This document shows, one piece after another, positions 25,122 through 37,553 of a stretch of 64,000 nt of DNA. Source of the DNA: Anolis carolinensis (Eukaryota); the NCBI RefSeq assembly GCF_035594765.1, contig NC_085846.1:20447190-20511189 (forward strand), given 5' to 3'. The number at the start of each line of letters is the position of its first letter. The first letter of the stretch is position 1. Under the pieces are notes generated by a model. That model was not told where the DNA came from. It made no database searches and was given only the letters and a program-made list of their open reading frames with translations. The translations under genes and the position numbers were made by a program.

Positions 25122-26045
25122 ATGAGTAACTTTACTTCCACATCCTCTTTTCTGTTGCTGGAATTCTCAGATATGAGAGAACTACAAATCTTATCCTTTT
25201 TTGTCTTCCTAGCATTCTACCTGACTGCATTAATAGGCAATCTTCTCATTATCACTGTAGTTGCAGTTGATTCCCACCTTCACACTCCCATGTACTATCT
25301 CCTATTTAATTTGGCCATGTTGGACATTGGATCAATTTCTGTCATGGTGCCCAAGGCCATGGCTATGTCTCTTAAGAATGATAGGTCAATTACTTATGCT
25401 GGCTGTGTTGCTCAGGTTTTCTTTTATATTTTCTTTGGAGCCTCAGGTTATAGTGTCCTAACTATTATGGCTCACGATCGCTATGTTGCAATCTGCCACC
25501 CTCTCCACTATGAGAGAATCATGCACAAAGGAGCCTGCCTACAGATGGTAGCCACTGGGCTGATTGCTAGTCTTATTTATGCCATATTACACACTGGTTG
25601 TACTTTTGCAAATACTTTCTGTTCCAATATTGTCAATCAGTTCTTCTGTGAAATTCCACAATTAATAAAGTTGTCCTGCTCAGGCCTTTCTTTAATGGAA
25701 ACTGGGGTTCTTATCCTGTCATTTAGTATAGCATTAGGGTGCCTTATCTTCATCATCAGATCATATGTACAGGTCTTTGTTGTTGTGCTTCGAATTCCTT
25801 CTTCACAAGGTCAGAAGAAAGCCCTCTCCACTTGTGTTCCCCACCTCACAGTTGTCACAATGTTTGTAGCCAGTGGGGTCCTCGCCTACGCAAGGTCTAT
25901 TGCTGACTCTTCTAATTTGGATACAGTTTTGGCCATGATATATACCATAATTCCTCCTATGTCAAATCCATTCATCTATAGTGTTAGAAACAAAGAGGTC
26001 AAGACTGTTTTAAGAAATCTGTTACATGCTGCCTTTTCCTTTTAA
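25122..26045 (+). CDS. Olfactory receptor, OR14-like (type B), 307 aa
   Basis: Intact 7TM ORF with LHTPMYY, MAHDRYVAICHPL, KALSTC, NPFIYSVRN; acceptor cctacag at ~25096. Confidence 0.94.
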   Translation: MSNFTSTSSFLLLEFSDMRELQILSFFVFLAFYLTALIGNLLIITVVAVDSHLHTPMYYLLFNLAMLDIGSISVMVPKAMAMSLKNDRSITYAGCVAQVFFYIFFGASGYSVLTIMAHDRYVAICHPLHYERIMHKGACLQMVATGLIASLIYAILHTGCTFANTFCSNIVNQFFCEIPQLIKLSCSGLSLMETGVLILSFSIALGCLIFIIRSYVQVFVVVLRIPSSQGQKKALSTCVPHLTVVTMFVASGVLAYARSIADSSNLDTVLAMIYTIIPPMSNPFIYSVRNKEVKTVLRNLLHAAFSF

Positions 26046-26670
26046 AACATAGTTAAAGTTGTTACTTGAGAATTGAGTTGCATGATCTTTCAGATCTTAA
26101 TATTTCCCTCTGAACCTTTAACCCTACACTTCTCATGTACTTTGTCCTCTCACACAGGTTGGGGTCTACTTTTTTCTTTTGTGTCATTTCTTTGAGCCTT
26201 ATTTATCAGAAAGAATATAATTTGATAGAACGTTTTCACCCAGAGATAGTAAATACTGTTGGTTGCTTGTATATTCCCAGGTCTTCCTTGATTTTCTATA
26301 AACAGCCTGGGGTCAACAGGAGTGGCTACTCCTTGCGGTCCCAGCATATGGCTACTCAGTGCTTGTAGAAGTGTGCCCAGATCCTTTTTTTGCAACTTGA
26401 GGAAATCATTCAGTTTGAGGCTACTCTATCTTCCCAGTTTCATTGCTGGGGTGAGGAATGTTACTTGAATAGATACCTCTTTCAGCAGTTTTCCTCAATG
26501 TACTTTGTATATATAAAGGATGTGGTAACTGGGAAGCACCCTATGAACTCTATACAAGAAACTTGAGATGCTTCTCAAAGTGTTCCAAAGATAATTATTT
26601 TACAGGTTAAAAATTAAGAAAAACATTTTAGCAAAAAACCACCAAAGAGTTTTTAAGAATCTTCAGGCAC

Positions 26671-26941
26671 TTTTTTCCCCATGTCAGGAGCGACTTGAGA
26701 AACTGCAAGTTGCTTCTGGTGTGAGATAATTGGCTATCTGCAAGGACATTACCCAGGGGATACCTGGATTTTTTAAAATGTTTTTGCCATCCTTGTGGGA
26801 GGCTTCTCTCATGTCCCTGCATGGAGCTGGAGCTGAGAGAAGGAGCTCATCTGCACTCTCCCCAGGTTGGATTCAAACCTGCAAACTTCAGGTCAGAAGT
26901 CTGCCGGCACAAGGGTTTAACACATTACGCCACCGGGAGCT
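26671..26941 (-). mobile_element. tRNA-derived SINE with a non-Sauria tail (possibly Vingi-related)
   Basis: Minus-strand head gctcccggtggcgtaatgtgttaaa..ggtttgaatcc, A-rich tail; 11-bp TSD TCTTCAGGCAC at 26660-26670 and 26942-26952; empty site at ~39065. Confidence 0.8.
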
Positions 26942-28899
26942 TCTTCAGGCACATGATAAATTAGAAACTAATGGGAAAATTGTATGTATCCATTATTGGG
27001 GAAGTTGCACTAATAAATGCAAATGTTTTTCCAAGGGTCAGATCTCAATTGGTTTGTTTATTCACAACTTAAAAAGAGATTTCAACAGGATAAAAAGAAC
27101 TCATGCAAAAGATGGAGAAAATTGGTTTTATTTGGAATTGTGTAAAGATGATGGTCATATAATTTTTTAAAATGTACAAATGCCTTTTGAAATTAGAAAT
27201 AGAAGTTGAATCTGTAAAATGAGAAGGTGGGTCAAGAATTGTGGGCATAATGAGGAAATGAACATTTAAAACAATGGCATGACATAATTCTTCTAGTCTA
27301 GTAATTTTGTAAGAAAATATACATAAAATGATGTATAGATAGTACTTAAATCTAAGTAGGTTGTCAAAAATGTGCACAAATGCTTCAAATTTATGCTGTG
27401 CTTCTCAGGATAAGAAAGGATCTTTTATGACATGTGGTGGACCTCCAACAAGGTGAAAGATCCATATCTTTAATGCAAATAAAGTAAAATAAAATTAAAG
27501 GTGGATTGTAGAATATAAACAGAAAAATATGTTTTTGCTGGACATTTTTGAGAAGAAATTGGATCACGACATTGACTATTCTTCACATATGTAATAACAA
27601 CTGGAAGAATACTGTATGCTCAAACTTGGAAATGAATTGAAGCACCAATGAATGGAAGAATAGGCTGCTAAATTTACAGAATTTGCCCAAATTATCTAAC
27701 TGATGTGGTTTCTGAAAGATAAATCAATTGTAATTTTTATGAAAGATATACATATACTGTATGTTATTTATCTATAGTCCTTCTTTTCTACTTCTTTTTC
27801 TTGAGTGCTGTTTATCTCAATGTGAATTAGTTTGTATTTGTTAAAACTAATAAATATCACTTTAAAAACCTAAATATTTTATATCTTTTGCCATAGAAAA
27901 CATATCCAACATCTCTGTGTATAGTTTAAGATTATTTGATGATTAAAAAAAGTAATTAAAAATTCCAGAAAGTGTTTATAAGATTATCAATGTAGAACAT
28001 TCCAAAATACCTCCAAATTAAAAAAAAACTAACAAGAACGATTTCTAGAAAAGGGAAATTCCACAATTCACAATTGCCACTTTTTGGAGAAAAACTGCAG
28101 TAGACTAAAAAGAAAAGGGAAATGATAAAATCTATTTAGATATCGAGTGGCCTGTCACTCTCTCTTGAGGCAATGTGTCTCCAACTTGCATGAAATGCAT
28201 GAAAAACTAAGGTACGAAGGTGACTATTACTAGCAGGCCCATACTTTGTAAAGCAGAGCTTTACTAGATAGTTTATTCATAGTAACAGAACAAAATGTTT
28301 GTTAATCCTCAGTATATCAATTAACAATTAAACCAACATTTTCCAAAACTCTATATGATTTTTTGTTTCATTGTGAAATACTTCTATCTTTCAACATCAA
28401 AACCCAAAAGTTACAAACCACTGAGATGAAATATATCATTTTACTATACATACATCATTTTTATTAATTAAAGGGCCATACTTTCTTTACCTTTAAAAGC
28501 AGGGTGAGAACAGATGTATTTATTTACATATCAGAGACAACCATGATTAGTACTATTGACATGCATTTTCAAATAAGAAATATTTTGATACAAACATTTT
28601 CTGATAGAATTATATCATTGTTTTGCACACAAATAAAAATATCAATGACAAGATCTTGCATAAGGAGACATATATGTCTCATAGATAGCAACATCTCTGT
28701 ATCTACTAAAGATACACCACTAAACCCATTGCAAACTGTATTGCTCCCTTCTATTCTCTGGCTATAAAACAATAGTTTACAAGTTACTGAAGTAGAAAAA
28801 GATGAGCGACAACCTATTCATACACTTTCTTTTGGTTAGATGCACTACATCAGGGATCAATAGGGACCACAGGAGGTCTCTGTAGATAAGTGTTTCCCA

Positions 28900-28959
28900 G
28901 TTCTATTCTAATAGTGTCAACCGGTTCTTCTGTGAAGTTCCACAATTATTAAGACTCTC
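28900..28959 (+). pseudogene. ~60-bp olfactory receptor remnant (extracellular loop 2)
   Basis: ttctattctaatagtgtcaaccggttcttctgtgaagttccacaattattaagactctc = FYSNSVNRFFCEVPQLLRLS. Confidence 0.75.
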
Positions 28960-28997
28960 AGAAACAGCAGAAATATTCAATGCCAGAAAACCGCACA

Positions 28998-29050
<53 letters not shown>

Positions 29051-29366
29051 TATTATAAGACCTATTATACTCACTCAATTTTGGAAGGGGAAAAGGTACT
29101 AGAAATGTGAGAGACAGCATTGATTTCAAAATAAGGACAAGATGGAACAAAAACAAGCAACATTTGAGCAAATTCATTATTGAAAAATCATTAAAATTAG
29201 ACATTAATACAGCTATATAGCATTTGAAATAACAAAATGGAAAGGGTTAATTTTTTTAGGGATTCTTTCATTTTTTCTAAAACCTAAACACTGTCGGTCT
29301 TCCCTGAATTTAACAAAGTTATCAGTTCAGAAACTTATTTTAATACACTTTGCTGAGTTATGATTG

Positions 29367-30206
29367 CGGTTTTCTTGTATTGGTTTTTTGTGGGCTGTGC
29401 TTTGAGGAGTTTCTGATTTTTGACTTCAATCAAAGCAGGTTCTTCACTTTGTTTTACATATTCTGCCAGGGCATGTTCTTCTTCTTTGACTGCTTGTTTT
29501 ACTTGCAAGAGTCCTCTGCCCCCTGATCTTCTAGGCAGATATAGCCGGTCAACATCACTGTGAGGGTGCAGTGAATGATGAATGGTCATGAGTTTTCTTG
29601 TTTTTCTGTCCAAATTGTCCAGTTCTGCCTGTGTCCAGTTTATAATGCCAGCAGTATATCTTATGACAGGTATGTCCCAGGTGTTTATGGCCTTGATGGT
29701 GTTGCCTCCATTGGGCTTGCTTTTGAGAATTTTTCTGACCCTTTGTGTGTATTCTTTGCTGACCACAATTTTCACATGTTCATGCTTGATGTTGTCCAGC
29801 TGTAATATGCCCAGATATTTATAGGCCTCTGGCTGGTGACACTTTATTGTTTGGCCATTAGGCATATTTATGCCCTCACTTTCAATGATTTTTCCCTTCT
29901 TCAATGCCACTGTCGAACATTTGTCCAAACCAAACTCCATGCTGATATCAGTGCTAAAAAATCAGACAGTGTTAGTCAGAGACTGGATTTCAGTTTCCAT
30001 TTTCCCATACAGCTTCAGGTCATCCATGCACATCAAATGCGAAATTTTGTGAGATTTCTTAGATGTTTGATAGCCGAGATTTGTTTTTTTGTAAGATTGT
30101 TGACAGGGGGATCATGACAATAATGAAAAGCAGAGGGGACAATGAGTCTCCCTGGAAAATTCCTCTTCTGATGTTGACAAGTCCATAGCTTTCATTTCCA
30201 ACAAAC
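29367..30206 (-). mobile_element. Dong/R4-clade LINE internal RT fragment, truncated at both ends
   Basis: RRGIFQGDSLSPLLF, MDDLKLY, MEFGLDKC and YKYLG; near-identical to 14235-14702 where they overlap. Confidence 0.92.
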
Positions 30207-30304
30207 ATTTTTTTATCTGTTTTTGGGCATTTAAGGTTCGCTTACTTTGTTATTTTTGTAAACTGCCCTGAGTCCCTTTGGGGAGAGAGAGAGAGTTATA
30301 AATA

Positions 30305-30350
<46 letters not shown>

Positions 30351-30673
30351 AATAAGAAATTTTAGCAATGTTTCTTTCCACTTCAAGAAAATCTTGAAAG
30401 ATAAAGAGCTCATAAATGAAAGGAATCTGGGAAACGTTCTATTCAAGCTATGGTTTCTGTTGCCCCGAGGCCAATGTGGAAGAGACAATGTGGAATTGTA
30501 ACTCTCTTAGCATCTCTAGGGCAACAAACAAAGACAATTGTTTCTCTACTGATGTGGCGAAATAAACCTTGTATTTTTCTGTTTTGTTAGGCAAGCTTGG
30601 TTAAATTATACCAACATCATAAGAATTCTTGTCTTTTTCTATCTATAGGTGTTATATTTGAACTGAAGGCAAC

Positions 30674-31612
30674 ATGTACAATCACACTTCTACATCCAGT
30701 TTTCTGCTGCTGGAATTCTCAACAATCAGAGGACTGCAGATCTTACACTTCTTTGTCTTCCTAGCAATGTACCTCATTGCAGTAATAGGGAATCTTTTCA
30801 TCATCATTGCAGTTGTGACAGATTACCAGCTACACATCCCAATGTACTTTTTTCTCTTCTGTTTGGCTATGGTGGACCTTGGTTCAGTTTCTGTCACAAT
30901 ACCAAAATCTATGGCTATGTCCCTCATGAACGACAGGTCAATATCTTTTTCTGGATGTATAGCTCAAGTTTTCTTTTCCTTTCTCTTTATAACATCAGAT
31001 TTTGTTCTCCTCAACATAATGACACATGACCGCCATGTTGCAATCTGTAACCCACTCCATTATGAGAGAATCATGAATAAGCCAGCCTGTGTTAAGATGT
31101 TAGCTATTGGGTTGATTATAAGTCTACTTTATGCCACATTACACACCAGTGGCACCTTTATGAATACCTTCTGTTCTAATAACATCAACCAGTTCTTCTG
31201 TGAAGTGCCACAATTATTAAAACTCTCCTGTTCTGACCTATATTTAGTTGAATTTGGGCTTCTTGTACTAAGCTGCACTGTCGCATTAGGATGTTTTATC
31301 TTTATCATCATAACATATGTTCAGATCTTTTCTGCAGTGCTCAGAATCCTCTCTGTACATGGCCAGAAAAAAGCCCTCTTCACTTGTGTTCCCCACCTCA
31401 TTGTTGTCTCTTTACTATTAATAACTGGAGCGTTCTCTTATGCAAGGCCTCCTAGTGATATATCTTCCAGTCTGGATTTGGGTTTTGCTGTGATGTATTC
31501 TATAATTCCTCCCATGTCAAATCCTTTCATTATAGTATGAGAAACAAAGAGATCAAGAATGCTTTGAAGAAATTGTTATATATGAAGCTCACTCCTGCAA
31601 AACCATCTTTAA
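30674..31612 (+). pseudogene. Olfactory receptor (type A), probable pseudogene: 1-bp deletion in NPFIY truncates it at 288 aa
   Basis: ttcattatagtatga vs paralog ttcatttatagtataaga; the lost YS.RNKEIKNALKK tail is present out of frame; ~290-bp insertion at the original stop. Confidence 0.85.
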
Positions 31613-31900
31613 CGATCTCATCAGATGGGGTGAAATCTCAGTCCTAGGAAGCTTTCACCCCATTCTGGGGGCCGGAGGTTGACAGCTGACATCACACAAC
31701 AATATGTGATTTTTTGGCATAGGCCCCACCCCAAAATGACACTTTCACCCCCAATTTGAGAGGCTTCCCATGTGATGGGGAAAGTGTTATGAAAGGGATG
31801 TGTGCAGGGTGACAGATTTGCCTTATTGCTCCCTTTTTACTTGCCAGAAGCCAGGCAAAGCAAGACATTCACCTGGCTTTTCTGATAAGTTTGCAAGGCC
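31613..31900. mobile_element. Unclassified ~290-bp insertion (possibly Harbinger-like MITE)
   Basis: Absent in paralogs (ccatctttaagataattctgtgacc); inserted after TTAA. Confidence 0.45.
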
Positions 31901-33512
31901 ATTCTGTCACCATCAGTTTGCATGATCTTTCACATGTTAATTTTTCTCTCCTCATGAGTAACTCTACAATAACAATATTCATTAAAACATACAAATGCAT
32001 TATGTCTTAGATGTTTCTCTTTGTTCTCTGTACTTCTCTCCCTTCTCTTTATTCTCACTCACATTTCCCCACACTACCTAGCAGAAAACTTACAACCTTT
32101 AAGACCAGTTACATTACCTGATAAAACAAATGTTGGAGTTTTGCACAACCACATTGAAATCTATCTCTTATCTATTTGAAACTTTATGTTCCTCCCTTAC
32201 TCCCTTTCCCATTAATTTGAGCCACTGTTTTTTGTCTATCTGTGTCTCTCCTTCTCTCTATCTTCTTCTCATCCCTTCTGGGTCACCATGGGCTTGCTTT
32301 GCTCTTGAGGTCCATCAACCTCATCAATCTCATTCCATGTGGCTGCTTTGGAAGATAATTTTCTACTCCGTCTCCATGCTAGACTACTGGAGAACTGCTT
32401 GGTATATTTGAAAAATGCAATAGATATCAATATCTTATGAATACTCATGTCTTAGAGATGCACAGCATATATATCTTTCAATAGACCTGGTGTTATTTAG
32501 TAGACAGAATATCCTCCTAATCAATTACTATGCTTTGTAATTATATCAAACTCAAACATTAAAAGGTAAAATCTTTTGTTGGTTTATAATGATACCAGGA
32601 GGCAACAAGATGTGAGAAAGCTCATAGATTCAAATAAAAGTGATGTGTCAACTTCAACGTCATAATGAGTCAGAAAATCTTTAATGATTCAAAACTCAGA
32701 ATTTCACCAAATCCATAAGGTTTATTTCCATGACAGTATTGGATAAGAAATATATAAAGTTTTCACTGAAATGTGACAGAAATATTTTTGCAATAATGAA
32801 AGAAATAAAAATGCAACCCTGTCCATTTTCACTTACTCTACCTCTGGCAATGTTTGTGTGCTCAGTTGTGGACCTCAGTAGGTAGATTATGGATGCCAGA
32901 GTTCAGTTCATTGACTAAAAGAAGTTATTTTTATAAGCAATATAATTCTGAGTCTTATAAATGCTGAAGTAAATGTAGGAATGTGTGTACAATTCATCTT
33001 CACTAAAGCTGTCTACTCTCTCATGTTTTAAATCTCACTGAGATTAACCATTCACCTTTGGTTTATCCTGACTCTAATACTAAACATACTGTATACTTTA
33101 AATGATATGATTTAGCACTTTGGGTAGTTTCTGAAACCCAGACGGGTGTCATCCACTGATGCTGGAGCCATCAGTCATACTGGACTTTAATTACTATCTT
33201 TGATCCATGCTGAAATATATATGAAATATCATTTTTTCACCAATTCCTTGATTAACATTTTCTTGGAACTACAAATGTTGATCCTCATTGTTCCTCTATG
33301 AATCCAAAGGAGAGAGACCTCTTAACTGTAGGCAGCAGATTGGTTGATGTAAAGTGCTACACTAGCTCTACACAATTTCTGATCCGTGTATGCGTCTTAA
33401 CAAAACTCTTGTTCTGATACTGATAAAGCATAACCCTCCCTCAAGATGAGATGGCTGCATCATCTCAGCTTGAAAGCCTCAGAGTTCATCTCCTGCAACT
33501 AATCACTCATCA

Positions 33513-34817
33513 TATTGGAGACTAGCCTGGAGGGAAAGTAAAGGAGAGAATTCCAGGAGAGCAATAAAACAAGCCTTTTATTATTATCACAGCTGATGAT
33601 AAGGCGAAACAGCCGTTGGTACCCATTTGTGAGTTTGTACTATACAAATGGCCGTCGCAACATGTGTGTGCGTAGCAAACAAAGAACTTTATATCTCGGC
33701 TTATCTAAAACTGACCAATGGCTGAGGGTCTTCCTCACCTTCTACACCTACTTGGCACAAGTGATTCCAATGACCTAACTTGTTTACTCTGAGCTTTCTT
33801 CTCCCTCTGGAACTTCCTGAAGGAAGGGAGGGGCACAGGCCCAGTGTTGCACATACTACTTTGGTTCATACAAAGCGCTTATATTGTCTATATAAAGGCT
33901 ATATGATATATGCAGAGGCAAAGCTGTCAGAACCCTGGCAGCTGGGCACCAATAACCTACACGGAGGCCAGTCTCTATCTAATATCTTTATTAAAGAAAT
34001 TTATAAAATCAATAAAAACAAGTGAAGAATATAGTTCAGAAGCAGACCTTTCAAATGAGGTCAAATATAGTCCAATAATGTATTGTCCAATAAATGATAT
34101 TAGAGTTCAAAGTTTTAATCCACTTGACCAAAACACACACTCTTGCCAAGCAATAGTGTGGGGAAATGTCAGAGTCTTAGAAGTCCATTGAAACTTGACA
34201 ACAAGGCTGGATATAAACTTGATTCTTGACTAGGTCCGTGACTGAAAACAAGCAAACATGAAGCGTGGAACAGGGTCCGTGGTTAAACTGCAAGGCAAGG
34301 CTTGAAAGCTTGATCCGGGAAGCTAGGAACTGGGGTTACGAAGTCCACACACGATCTCACTCCTCAAGCTGAACAATTGACTCCGCAAGGAATCTCTCGC
34401 GCCAAACCCCTATATTGGGTCTCGTTTTCCCGCCAACAATCTCTTTCCCTAGAGAATGAGAAGCGAAACCCAACTCTGTCCAGGTGCATGACTCCTTAGA
34501 ATTTCCCAAGGGAAACAGGCTTAATCAGTCTTTTGTCTGGCAGCGATTCTTAAACTTCTCCGATTAGCTTCTCTAACTCCTCTGTCCCTCGAATAAGATT
34601 CCTTCCTGGGAAACGGAGGGGAGTACTGCCCAAGGCCTGTTTCACTGAATTCTTGAGGGCAAACATCAACATCCGGCTCTTGTTGAACCGGCGAAAACCC
34701 CATGTTTTCATCTTCATCTGCCACGATAGTATCAGGAACAGGACTACAAGGCCCATGAGGCATCACAAAAGCTATGTTAGGCAAAAGTTTACTATTTTCT
34801 GGCTTATGGTCCCTACA
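33513..34817. mobile_element. Older solo-LTR-like insertion, split by a younger solo LTR
   Basis: Absent from paralogs 15945/22660; 4-bp TSD ATCA; ends TA(TG?)...TACA; contains AATAAA/TTTATT, CCAAT and TATATAAA. Confidence 0.55.
33925..34767 (-). mobile_element. Gypsy solo LTR related to the element at 57827
   Basis: TGTGATG...TGACA termini, 5-bp TSD AAAGC (33920-33924, 34768-34772); homologous to 57827-58798 at both ends. Confidence 0.93.
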
Positions 34818-37553
34818 ATCATGGGTCAACAGGGCTAGGAAGTTCCATGTGTCACTCCATCTTTGCACTTCCTTTGCCATCCTTGATTTTGTGTGACTTG
34901 TTTATGAAATTTCTGGGCATATCATTCCATAATAATTGCAAAATAGTATATTATGACACAAATGGAATTTATGTCTGAGGTTGAGCTGCAAATCAGGAAA
35001 AACATTAATTTAGTGTAAACTTTTTAAAAGGTTGCTACTGAAAAACATGTAACTGCAATGATAAAAGCCAAGGTCAAGATCCTACAACTTGACAGAACAG
35101 AATAATCACCATCTATGGAGTTAGGTGGTTGTTGTACCATTTCACAGTTCGGCTCCCATTGAATGGAAGTTGTACATTCATACATTCTTGGAGATGATTG
35201 CACATTTCATTTGTGCACTGAAAAATACTCTGTGGTAGCTCTAACAGAAATGGCTACTTATACAATGGCCATGCTCTTCAACTAGGCCTCTATCAACTAG
35301 GCCTCTACAGCCTTGATCTGCATGCAACCAATGTGCAACTGACAAGGAAATCACTCAGATGACATTTGTGAATGCATACTGGTTTGCAAATCTGGACAGT
35401 ACCTATTTTCTGATAACAATTACTTATTATAGCTTTTTTCTCATTGCAACCCCGGATTGAAATTGCTTGATTAGTTCAGTATTCTTTTCATTGTTCTATT
35501 AATTCTGAATACTTTTGCATAAGAAATAATTTGTTTTCAATGATATGTCTTTTTAATCTTTTGAATGTTCTTTCCTCACAAGTGTATCATTGTCTTATTG
35601 GTTTAATCAGAAATATTTGGCATGCTTATTTGCTGTTCAGTTTTGTTATAAACATGGAAGAAAACACTTTAGATGGGAGGGGGAATGGAAGCAATGATTT
35701 GTGATCAGGTGAGCTGGACTCATGGGAGTAAAATCTCAAGAAACCAATACAGCCTTAAATGATGCTCTTTCTTGGCACCTTGTTATCATTTTTGTGTCAA
35801 TTATGAGTCAGTGCTATCATTATAAACGACAGTAATGTAGACCAAAGCAATGAATAGATTGTTCACATGTCATGTGGCTCAAAAGGAGAAGGAGAAGATG
35901 AATAATTGCACCTACCAATGCCTCAATGGATGCTCAATGGGATGCTGAATTCGACAATAACAATTACTTGCCTAAAATTCTTGTATTTAGGTAAGTTTGA
36001 TTTAAATGTATTTAGAGTGTTCTGTCCTTTGCTACCTTCTGTTTGTCTATCTGATTTTTTTCAATCCATCCACCCTCTTTATCTATTATAAGGCAAAATA
36101 ATCTGTTAAATCTCTTTTGTAGTGGCACAAGTAGAATAACACTCAGATTTTGTTTTTCTGTTCAGTAAGGTATTTTCACATGAACTCCATTTGGTATTTT
36201 CTAAACCAAAACCATATAGATATCATTGTAACCAGACAATTTCCACATAAATAACTGTCCATTTAATGGGGCAACGTATATATTGTCCGATAATGGAAGA
36301 ATGTGAATAAATCAGATTGTGACTAATCTCTCCTTACTTTTCTATAATGGCTTTTTTTTTCTTTACTATCTAAACTAATCAATTCCTTTGGGCAAATTCC
36401 TTTAGCAGCCTTAATGTACAATAAACTAGAACATTAACCAGTTCTAACATTGGCACTAGCAATCTGTTGATCGTCAAACAACATAAATATGTGCTAGATT
36501 AGTATCATTCATGCACTGTTGAAGGTAGATTGGCAGCATGAAATCATTATGTAATCCTATATTATGGTGGAAGTATTGGCAAACAACAGCTGCATCTTTT
36601 GTGCCCAAGAAAACCAGATGATATCCATAAATCTAGAGGTGATTTCAAGTCACATAGACATACAACCCAGGATTGTCATCTTAAGGAACACAAGCATTAA
36701 TTCTTTGTAGTATTAAAAAAAAACCCTGAAATCCAAACTCAGTCAGTATCACTTATGTAACTATTTAGAAAGAAGGAAGGAGGGTGTGAATCCTGTGGTA
36801 TTTTTTTAAAGAAATAGTTAATTTCAGGCTGGGCATGTGTTAATTACACAAAACTTCTTCAAATGCCATAAGTGATGACAATGACTCATATAATCTTTAG
36901 TTTGTATATCAGTGCATCTGAGCAAATTGATGTTAATCCATGAAAGCTGGTGGTTGGTTTGAAAGATATGTTTATGATTTGTAATTGGGACAGACAGATG
37001 CTAGATAAATAGACAGCCCATACTAAAACCTAAATAATATTATAAATCTCATTTAACCGGTATTGCCCTCCCCCATTAATACTGAAGAGCAAAGCACAAG
37101 CAACCCCTTCTATTATTCTATTGGAAATATAGTAATTGAGAATGGAGTTGATGCAGAAACCCCACCGTATGCATTGTGTGTATATATGTTAAGACTGCTC
37201 CACCTGAAACCATTATGAATTGACCTTCAGAATATTTTGACATGTCACCAATATGTCAATGTCACTAATAAGCTACAGATTTAATAATGTAGCAAGAGAT
37301 TTCTTAGATGACATAAGAATTTGAGATATGTCTGTTCTGGCTGTAGCTGCAGTCCAACTGTAATCTTGGTTCATATTGCATATAGTTGCTATACAAATTA
37401 CTACACAGGACTATTGCCATAACATATCTCAGAAACCAAACATAATGTAGTAAAAACTATCTTGAAGACTTCACTGCCCAAGAAAAGTGAATTTATTAAA
37501 ATTAAATCTTGTATTTCTCATCCTACAGGAAATATCAAGATACCGAAAACAGC

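Noticed and set aside
37509-37553. 15-aa N-terminal extension of OR 37554
   Set aside because: TTG start lies upstream of the splice acceptor; paralogs start at the ATG equivalent to 37554
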